This document shows positions 34,111 to 43,407 of a stretch of DNA of 43,407 nt, piece after piece. A program made the translations under genes and the position numbers. The stretch is from assembly GCA_000388065.2 (NCBI GenBank), contig KB932203.1; one strand, given 5' to 3'. This DNA comes from Fonticula alba ATCC 38817 (taxonomy: Eukaryota; Protista; Nucleariida). Every line of letters begins with the position of its first letter. Position 1 is the first letter of the stretch. The notes under the pieces were generated by a model. The model was given only the letters and a program-made list of their open reading frames with translations, had not been told where the DNA came from and did not search any database.

Positions 34111-34802
34111 TCACCGGTGCGGGGGCGTCGGGTCGTCGGCCGGAGCGGCTGCAGGCGCTGGGACCACAGGCGCGGGCGGCGTATCCGACGCATCTAGCAC
34201 AGCAGACAGGGTGGCCACGGCGTGGGTGACACCGTCCGGCTGCGGAAGCCCGGTCGCCTGCGACAGGGTCTGCATTAGCCGCAGATTCCGCTCCATTTGT
34301 GGCATGAAGTCATCGCGGAATTGCTGTGCATACACCACTGGTCAGTGCTCGGAGATGGGGTTGGCGGAGGCCGGGGGAGGGGCTGCTTGCCGGGCGAGAG
34401 GGGTGCGCACCTGGTGGGTCTCCCGCAGGGCGGCGAGGTCGCTCTTCATCTCGGACAGGCCGCTGAGGAGCTGCTCCACGCGCGCATGGAGCTTGATCGG
34501 GTTTGTGTCTTCCCCATGCTGGACGTCGAAGCTATGGTGGAGGGGGGGGGGGAGCATAGGGCGCGGGTGTTACGGCCTCGAAGAGGGGGGAAGGGGCGCG
34601 AGGGGGAGGATGCGAGAGGAGGCAAAAAGGGGCAGGGGGAGAAAGCCCCATCGAGATGTCATCCTCGGCATGGTCGACGGCGCGGGCGGGCGGGCGGGAC
34701 GCACGACTGGATGAACTCGCGGTCGAGGCAGTCTTGGATGTGCTCGAGGCTGGCCTCGACCCGGGTGAAATGCCGCTCAACGGAGCGAATGGACGACTCC
34801 AT
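34111..34802 (-). CDS. SKA2: SKA2-like kinetochore protein; exons 34802-34705, 34531-34411, 34323-34111 (143 aa)
   Basis: MESSIRSVERHFTRVEASLEHIQDCLDREF aligns without gaps to recalled human SKA2 [30 protein letters not shown]. NPIKL...MQTLSQATGL matches NPVTL...IQKLQKQTDL with identical spacing (57 aa). Confidence 0.7.
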
Positions 34803-36926
34803 GCCGGGCGTGGGGGGCTACTCGCGTGGGTGCAAGGAAAATGTGAAGGGGGGGGGGCGAGCTCAGTGGACCGGGGCCGGGGCCTTTGTGTGCGCACGTA
34901 CACAAACAGCCGCAATCCCACTCTACCCGGCACAAATTCGTACAAGCATACCTGGGCACTTGCTCAAAGGCGCGTGCGCGTGCGCCCTCTTGCCCTCGGC
35001 GCCCCGGGCCAGACCAGGTCTATGCTTTGTCGGGCACACATTCCGACTGGCGCCCTCTCGCACACACATTTCCCTGCAGCCCCCTGCCCTCATGTCCCGC
35101 TTCGGCCGGCCCGGTCGCCCCCTCGGTGGCTGCGTTGCATGAAGGGGGAAAGGTGCGGAGCCGGCGCCGGCGGGGGCCTGCACATGTTGCACCCGTGTTC
35201 GCGCCCGCCAGCGCCAATATCACCGTGGAGCGCCGGCGTCGGCGTGTGGCGCCCGCTCTGGCGCAGGTGCGATGGCCTCCACCCCCCCCCCCCCCNNNNN
35301 NNNNNNNNNNNNNNNNNNNNNNNNNNNNNNNNNNNNNNNNNNNNNNNNNNNNNGGGCCGCTGACTCGCGAATAGGGGAGAATAATACCGCCGGCGGGGGC
35401 GGGCGCCCGAGTGTCGCGAGAGCGCATGCCCCGCCCGTGCCGGTGGCATCCCTCGCTCTTGGCCGAGCGTGGCCTCGGGGGAATTATTGCGGCCCGGCCG
35501 GCCCATGTGTCGTCTGCGTGGGATGCATGCCTGTGTTCGTTCGGCCGGGAGATGAGAGGCGGCGCCTCGGGGGCGGGAGCCTGGGGGAAAAAACAACAAC
35601 AGGAGAGGTGGACCCGGCCGCGAGGCGTGAAAGCCCTGCCGCCTCTCCGGCGCAAGGGCGCGTGTTGGGGCACATATATGTGCGTGCGCACGCGTGGCGA
35701 TCCCCGGCTCCAAGCCCCGCGGCTGGGCCTTCCAATGACTGGAGATTAGATCCGCGATTCGACCCGGACGTGACGACACGCTGGGGCGGCCCAGGTCCGG
35801 GCGGCGGCGGGCCGAGCTGACAAGGCGGCGGTATATCGGCGGCATACAGCCGGGGGGGGGGGGAGGTCCTACCTCCCTGCCCGAGGCACCGGGCACGCGC
35901 GCCCACGGGCGTCGAGTGTGCTGCGCTGGGGGGGGGGGGCGTGCCGGCGCCGCATCCGCGGGCAGCCCCGTCCCTCCCCAGGGGGCGCGGAGGGCGGGGG
36001 GGGGCCTCGACGCCTCTCTTTTGCCGTCCCCGTAGCCGGGAGGCGGGATGGGCCTGCACTTGCGCGGCGGACAGAACTGGTGCGGGCCGAGAGACTGGGC
36101 CTTTCTCACGCGCGCGGTGGGCCGTTTTTGTGGTTTTTTTTTTTTGTTGGGGGTTGTTCTGGCTTCTTCTTTTTCACGCACGCGGATTTCCGTGCCCCCC
36201 CCCCCCCCCCCGCCCCTGCCCCGTGTGGGGGTGGCGTCCTGCTGGTCGGACGCTATTTTGCCGTTGGCTGCCCCTCGCCCGGGTGGGCCGGCACGGGGGG
36301 GGGAGGGGGGGGGGAACGGCAGTGGCACGAGGAAAAGCCGGAGGTCGGCCCGGCTCTGGCGTCGTCCTGTGTTTCGGGCCCGCGCGGGCCTGGAACCGGG
36401 GAGACAACACCTTGGCCGCTCTCGAGGGTCCGAACCACTCTGGGGCGAGGGCCAGGACAAACAGGCCGCCGCGGCCCGGTCCCGGCCCCAGGGGACCTGC
36501 CGAGGAGGGGCCCGAGGCCACCCCCCCCCCCCCCGTCCTCAAGCCCAGGCTGCGGATGGGGAACGTGCGACGCTCTTCCATTGAGTGGGTCCCGGTGCGT
36601 GCGGCGGGGGCGATGCTTGGGGGGTGGGGCCTCTCGCGGGCCCTCGGCCTGTCTGTGGGAGGGCGGCGTGCGCGCGTGCGTGTGCGCGTGCGTGTGTTTG
36701 CGTCAGCCCCCCGAAGAGGCGGCCCGCCAGCCGGTCGCGCCCTCCTCGTCCGGGTTTCATAACCGAGTGAGCCCCGGGTTTGAGAAACGGTCGCGATCAC
36801 TGATCTCGTCCTTCCTCCCCCTACTACCGCCGCACCACCGCCCCCTTTCCCCCTCTCCCCCTCCCCGCCTCCGTTGCCCCGCCGCCTCCCCCCTCCCGAG
36901 CCCGCCGCGCACCGCTCCCCCTCGTC

Positions 36927-39900
36927 ATGGCGTCCACCTACGGCGGCGTCGACGACGACCAGGCCGGCCTGATCCAGCACACGGATACTGAGGCTGGCTT
37001 CCCCNNNNNNNNNNNNNNNNNNNNNNNNNNNNNNNNNNNNNNNNNNNNNNNNNNNNNNNNNNNNNNNNNNNNNNNNNNNNNNNNNNNNNNNNNNNNNNNN
37101 NNNNNNNNNNNNNNNNNNNNNNNNNNNNNNNNNNNNNNNNNNNNNNNNNNNNNNNNNNNNNNNNNNNNNNNNNNNNNNNNNNNNNNNNNNNNNNNNNNNN
37201 NNNNNNNNNNNNNNNNNNNNNNNNNNNNNNNNNNNNNNNNNNNNNNNNNNNNNNNNNNNNNNNNNNNNNNNNNNNNNNNNNNNNNNNNNNNNNNNNNNNN
37301 NNNNNNNNNNNNNNNNNNNNNNNNNNNNNNNNNNNNNNNNNNNNNNNNNNNNNNNNNNNNNNNNNNNNNNNNNNNNNNNNNNNNNNNNNNNNNNNNNNNN
37401 NNNNNNNNNNNNNNNNNNNNNNNNNNNNNNNNNNNNNNNNNNNNNNNNNNNNNNNNNNNNNNNNNNNNNNNNNNNNNNNNNNNNNNNNNNNNNNNNNNNN
37501 NNNNNNNNNNNNNNNCCCCCCCCTCCCCGCCCGTCCCCAGAGTCCTCCTCCTACGGCACCGAGTTCGGCTTCAATGACATCTTCAACTCCACCTTCCAGC
37601 CGGTGACCACCTCGGTCCGCTGGGTGTCCGGCAGTGTGTCCACTCACCGTGACGCCTCCGGCAACATCATGCTGACCCGCTTCCCGACTGTCGAGCCCGA
37701 GGTTTTCCTCGAGGCCGCCTCCGTCATCAACGTGCGTCTTCCTCCGGCTTTCTTGCCGTCTCTCGCTCTCGCTCTCCCCATGTGTTTCCCCCCCCCCCCC
37801 CCCTCCTCCCACTCTCCTTCCCCTCCACTGACCCCCGCGCCCTTGCGCATCATGCACCCAGCCCGACACCAACGAGCCCCTGAGCTTCTTCAACTACTGG
37901 ATCTCCCCGGACGAGCAGTTCGTCCTGCTGGCCACCGAGCGTGTCGGCGTCTGGCGCCACTCCTTCACCGCCTTCTACTTCGTGCACTCCATGGTCGATG
38001 GCACCACGCGTAAGCTGGATGCCGAGCGCCTGCAGCACGTCTCCTGGGCCCCGACCGGGCACCGCCTGGTTTTCGTCAAGGGCAACGACATCTTCCTGCT
38101 GAAGGATGTGTCCGGGAACCTGAGCGACACCGATCGCGTGACTCACGATGGCAGCCTCAACATCCTCAACGGTGTGCCCAGCTGGGTGTACGAGGAGCAG
38201 GTCTTCGGCCATGCGCACTCCATCTGGTGGAATACCGACGGGACCCAGTTCGCCTTCATGCGCTCCGATGAGACCGACGTGCCGACCTTCCACCTGACTC
38301 GCTACGGCAACACCGACTACCCGTCCCACACGCCGGTCAAGTACCCGAAGGTCGGCTACCCGAACCCGATCGTCCAGATGAGCATCATGGACGTCGACTC
38401 CGGCACCATTGCCAATGTGGACTTCGAGCGTGATGACGAGTTCATCATCGTCGATGTGGCCTGGTCCAACCCGGCTCGCATGGTTGTCCGTGTGACCGAC
38501 CGCATCCAGACCCAGGCCGACCTGTACACCGTGTCGCACGAGCGCCCGACCGCGCAGCAGATCTCCTCCCAGGCCCGGGCCAAGGGTTGGGTCGACTACT
38601 TCTCCATCCTCACGGTCCCGGCCACCGATGCCGCGGCCGAGCGCTACGTCGACATCATCGAGGTCAATGGGTACAACCATCTGGCCCTCTTCTCCTTCGA
38701 CAGCCCGAAGCCCGTGCGCCACCTGACCTCCGGCGAGTGGGAGGTCACCGCCTATGCGGCCTTCGACCCGGAGACCGGCACCATCTTCTACTTCAGCACG
38801 GAGAACGGGGCCATCGAGCGCAACCTCTACTCCGTCAACCTGGACGCCTCCATTCCCAAGCGCCACATCACCGCCGAGCAGCCCGGCTGGTACACGGCCT
38901 CCTTCAGCCCGGATGCCAAGTTCTACCTGCTGAACTACCGCGGCCCGTCGGTTCCCACCCAGCATATCTACTCGACCGCCGACCCGGCCTTCCGCCATGT
39001 GGTCCAGGAGAACCGCGCCCTGGCGGAGCTCCTGTCCACGTATGCCATGCCGCAGGTGCACTACACCAAGCTGCGCATCGGGGACTACGATCTGGATGTG
39101 TCCCTCACCGCGCCGGCCGGCTTCGACTTCAACAGCTCCAAGAAGCACCCGATGCTGCTGCATGTGTATGGTGGCCCCGACTCGCAGATGGTCACCCGGG
39201 AGTTCCCGGCCAACGACTGGCACACCTACCTGGTGTCCTCGCTGGGGTACATCATTGTCCGGGCTGACGCTCGCGGCACTCGTGGCCGTGGCAATGTCTT
39301 CAAGAACTCCGTCTACCTGAACCTCGGTGACTATGAGGTGGCCGACCAGATTGCCGTTGCCGAGCACTTCTCCAAGGCCCGCTACGTTGACCCGAAGCGT
39401 GTCTTTGTTTGGGGCTGGTCCTATGGCGGTTACATGACCTCCAAGATCCTGGAGCGTGATGCCGGCTCCATCATCCGCAAGGGTGTTGCCGTGGCCCCGG
39501 TCACCGACTGGCGCTTCTATGGTGCGTTTCCCCTTGGCTTTTCATTTGTGCCTGTTGTGTCTTCTTGGTGTTGTCCTTCTGTTTTCTTCCCTCCCTCTCT
39601 CCCCCTATCTTTCGCCTCCTTGCACACACACACACACACATGCACACGCACGCACACGCACGCACAGCCTGACACCCAACCTTTTCTCGGCCCCTCTCCC
39701 TCCCAGACACCATCTACACCGAGCGCTTCATGTCCACCCCGCAGCTGAACGGCGAGAAGTACAAGTCCTCGGCCCTGACCAAGTTCGACTCGTTCAAGAA
39801 CGTCGACTACTTCCTCATCCATGGCACTGATGATGACAATGTCCACTTCCAGCAGGCCGTCGTCTTCTCCAACAACCTGACCCAGGCGTCGGTCCGTTTC

Positions 39901-40023
39901 GAGCAGCACTACTACACCGACAGTGACCATCGCGTCAACACCGGTGCCCGCACCCAGCCCGATCTCTATTCTCGTATCACCGACTTCCTCGAGGAGAAGG
40001 TCGGCGTCGCTGAGGAGCTCTAA
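36927..40023 (+). CDS. DPP4: Dipeptidyl peptidase IV family (S9B; DPP4/Dap2/Ste13-like); the presumed transmembrane exon is in the gap; resolved exons 37541-37731, 37862-39521, 39707-40023
   Basis: WRHSF, NGVPSWVYEEQVF, YPKVGYPNP, nucleophile GWSYGGY (Ser 39419-39421), VTDWRFYDTIYTERFM, HGTDDDNVHFQQ (Asp), YTDSDH (His). Confidence 0.93.
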
Positions 40024-40816
40024 GCGATCTCCCCTCTCCCCCCCCCCCTCCCTTGTGTCTGTCTGCGTGTATGTTTGTATGCATACATGCAACGGTCGTA
40101 CATATATTCTTCTTCCCCTTTGTTTGTCCTCTTTGTTGCTCCGTCGGGGGCTGGTGGGGAGCGGCATGTGTATGTGCGTGTGGGTTGTGGGAATTTTTGC
40201 CCTCTGTGCATGCCTGGTGTATGGGCAACCTCCTTTTCTGCTCTCTACCGGGAGGACGGCTCGTACGCCAGCGCCTCCCCCCCCCTCCTCCCAGCGGGAG
40301 TGCCGAGGGCGAGGAGGCTCAGCCTCCCCACTGGCGGCGGGTGGCTGTCCATGCATGCAGCCCTGGTGAGCTCCTGGCTCCCTCTCCCCACTTCTCGGAA
40401 GCAAACATACATCCCTGAATCGGACCCCGTGCCCTGCCCCTTTTGTTGCCGGTCCTCTGGCCCTCGGGTTTCTTCATCTGTGCCCCCTTCTTTTGGGAGC
40501 CAAGTCCACCAAGGCACATCTCTGAGCCCTCCCCTCCCTGTGGCTCTCCTGCCGCGTTGTCGCCCCCCCCCCCCTCCCCCCCTCCTCTCCAGGTGCGACC
40601 CGATATTCGCCCTGCTCTCTCTCTCTGTCTGGACAACGAAATATATTACAAATGTGAAAGCATATCTGTGCGCACTGAGGAGGAAGGGGGCGGCGGCGAA
40701 GGGGAGGAAGAGGCACATGCTCGCCGGGGGACAGAGAGGAGGGGGCGCAGCCCGCCCTCCTTCCTCACCTGGCTGCTGGAGCGCTCTCAGCCCCCGCTCT
40801 GCTCGACTCTCTCTCT

Positions 40817-43237
40817 TTAGGCGGACACGCTGACCACTTCCGAGCCATCGTTGGAGGTGATGCGGGCGCTGACCGAGCCGGCGCGGTCAACCGACAGGAG
40901 AAGGTTGACCTCCGGGCCAGCCGAGGCGGGGATCATGATGTCGAGAGCGGAGGTGTTCTCGGCGGCGGTCTCGGAGTCGCCGGCTGTGCAGATGCGAGAA
41001 GGGGGGAGGGAGAGAGACAGGGAGTCAGCACAGGCGCGGGGAGGGATGACCAACAGGCTATCGCATGGGGAGAGCATGTGACGGAGAGCAAAAAAATACC
41101 CCCCCCCCCAGGGGGTCGGCCAACACACAGGTACCCCCACCCCCACCAAAGTACGCACCAACAATCGACAGGATGCTGGCCTTGTCGTCGCCGGCCACCT
41201 CGCAGGTGACAGAGATGGCCACAGGGACGGCAGTGCCGGCCGGCAGGAGCGGGACGAACTTGCCATCGGCGCCAGCCAGGCCGACAGCCTTGGTCAGGGC
41301 GCGCAGCTCGTTGTCAGCGCAGACGGTGGGCAGCTCGGGGAGCGGCTCGTCGGCGGCCGGCTTCAGCTGGTCAAACAGGTGGAAGGCATGGAGGGCAGCA
41401 CCACGGGCCACGGTCTCCTGGGGGTTGTTCTGCTCGCGAATGACGGGGACGCCCTCGCCGAAGAGCTCGGAGAACTTGCGCTGGACCAGGGGGATGGCCG
41501 AGCCACCACCGGTGAGGATCACACGCTGGATGGACTTCAGGGGGATGTTGCTCACGGTGAGGAAGCTGTCCACCGAGTTGAGGAGGGACTGGATCATGGG
41601 GGCTACGCGGTGGGTGGGGGGGTGATGATGATGAAACGAGGACGCGCACGTGGAAGAGAGGTTAGTTTGGCCGGCGCAGGGAGACATACACACAAAAGGG
41701 GACACACACGCATGTGTGACACTCCCCCCCCCCCCCCTTCCTCCCCGGTGGTTGCCCTTGCTGCACACTTCGACCGGAGGGTGGTGGGTTGACGCACTGA
41801 TCAGGACCTCGAAGTGAGAGCGGGACATGTTGGAGCCGGCGAAGTCCATGCCGTCATGGAGAGACTCCACGAAGACCGGGGCGGTGGTCGACTGGGAGAG
41901 GGTGCGCTTGATGCGCTCGCACTCCATGCGCAGCTTGATCATGGCGCGGCGGTTGTCGCTGATGTCGGCCAGCTTGCGGGAGATGTCGCGCAGGAGGTGG
42001 TTGGCCAGGAGGTCGTCCAGAGCGCGGGCGCCGGTGGCGGTGTCGACCTTGGAAGCGACAATCTGCATTCGTACGCGCGCGTGTGCGTGTGCGTGTGCGT
42101 GTATGTGCACGGTGGTATCCGAGAGGAGGGGAGGGGGGGGGGGAGAGGCTTAGTCCATGTCGCGGAGCGAGGGGGGTGGCGAGGGAAAGACGCCGGGGGC
42201 CCACACCCGGCCATGCAATGCAAGCAGACGCACCTCGAAGGTCTCGCCAACATAGCGGCGCAGGACAGTGGTGCTGACGGACGAGCCGCCGAAGTCGAAG
42301 ACCAGGATGTTCTCCGGCTCGGCGGACACCAGGGGCTCCTCGTCCAGGAGGGCCAGAGCCGCGGCGGCGGGCTCGCTAATCAGGGCGCTGAGCTTGAGGC
42401 CACACTTGTCGGCGGCCGAGCGAATGGCGGCCAGCTGGACCTCGGTCAGGTTGGTGGGGACAGACAGGACCGCCTCGCGAACGATGGAGCTCAGGATGCC
42501 TGGCAGGCCGGGCAGGGGGGGGGGGGGGGNNNNNNNNNNNNNNNNNNNNNNNNNNNNNNNNNNNNNNNNNNNNNNNNNNNNNNNNNNNNNNNNNGGGGGC
42601 GGCTGGAGAGGATGCGGGCGTGTGTACCCTCGGCAGTGCCCTTGAGACCGCCGATCAGGGCGGCCAGCAACTCGGTCGGGGTGACCAGCTGGGTCTCCTC
42701 GAGGTGCTCCAGGTTCAGCTCGACGGCGATGCGCGACGGGTCATCAGCGGTCGGGGCGCGCTCGGTGATGGAGAAGGGCCACTTCTGCAGGGACTTGGCC
42801 TTCTGAGCGCCCTCCGGGTCGTCCATGAAGGCCAGGAGGCGCATGACCTCCGGGATGGTGTGCTGCATGTTGCGCAGGAACTGGCGCTGGGCCGTGGTGC
42901 CGAGGATGACCTCGGTCTCGGGCTTGGCGGGCTCCTCGTCGGCCGGGGTGTCCTCCTCGGTCTCCTCGACATAGCGCGTGGTGTAGGCCACCCAGGCGGG
43001 GGTGGCGCGCTCGCCGTCCTCGTTGACGATGACCTCGGCGCCGTTGTTCCGGTGCAGGGCAATGGTGACGAAGTCGTTACCCAGGGCCAGGCCAACCGGG
43101 GTGGTGGAGATGACCGGGGTGGCCGGGACCTCCGGGACAACAGGCTCCGGGGCGACGACCGGGGCAGCGACCGGGGCGGCAGCCGCCGCACCGGAGGCCT
43201 TCTTGGACTTACCGACGTTCTTACGCTTGGGGGGCAT
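40817..43237 (-). CDS. HSPA14: Atypical Hsp70 of HSPA14/Ssz1 type (ribosome-associated complex subunit); about 5 exons
   Basis: Hsp70 NBD motifs: GLALGND, NEDGERATPAWVAY, SEPAAAALA, VFDFGG, KLRMECERIKRTLS, ILTGGGSAIP, PQETVARGAA. The substrate-binding domain is short, with no helical lid and no EEVD. Confidence 0.8.
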
Positions 43238-43407
43238 GGTGGCAGGGGGAGAGGGGAAGGGGGAGGGAGGGAGGGGAGAGAACAGAGAAGGCACCAGGAG
43301 GGGAGAGGTGTTCGCCGTTTGTCTGTGTGTCGAGGGGGGGGGGAAAACGGCGCCCGGGGCGCCGGGGCAGCGGCTCCCCCGCTGAAAAAGGGGGGGGGGG
43401 GACCCAC

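Noticed and set aside
29480-34714. Long ORFs 29480-31030, 30184-32112 and 32804-34714
   Set aside because: Made of poly-G, GT and CA repeats and intron/UTR sequence; stop codons are rare at this GC content; they overlap RPL23 and SKA2.
40192-40199. Sm-site-like AATTTTTG
   Set aside because: It sits in the DPP4 3' region with no recognisable snRNA stems or upstream snRNA sequence.
43282-43290. ACAGAGAAG, resembling the U6 box
   Set aside because: Flanks do not match U6; it is the complement of a pyrimidine-rich 5' leader of the Hsp70 gene.
1-43407. Transposons, rRNA or viral genes
   Set aside because: No transposase, reverse transcriptase or integrase motifs, no terminal repeats and no rRNA-like sequence were recognised.

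Overview
Eukaryotic nuclear DNA: GC-rich and intron-dense, with poly-G/poly-C and (CA)n tracts and five assembly gaps. The style resembles the holomycotan amoeba Fonticula alba, but the species call is an inference and was not checked. Hand splicing supports 11 protein-coding genes: TatD DNase (-), RanBP9/10-type CTLH subunit (-), GPALPP1/DUF3752 with an RS domain (+), CWF19L2 (+), a ~2,600-aa SAC9-like protein (+), a LisH-WD40 protein (-), RPL23/uL14 (+), a SKA2-like protein (-), a DPP4-family peptidase (+) and an HSPA14/Ssz1-type Hsp70 (-); the SAC9-like and SKA2-like calls are the least certain. There is also one tRNA-Pro(CGG). The most interesting signals are: a SAC9-like protein that has lost its CX5R catalytic loop (candidate pseudophosphatase); a nuclear tRNA with mismatches at acceptor-stem positions 1-2 (5'-editing-like or pseudogene); a 1.9-kb structured RPL23 intron; a probable Ska2; a DPP4 with EEQ in place of the EEE substrate anchor; and a strongly GTGCGT-biased 5' splice site. 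All homology calls come from motif recall by eye; no searches were run.
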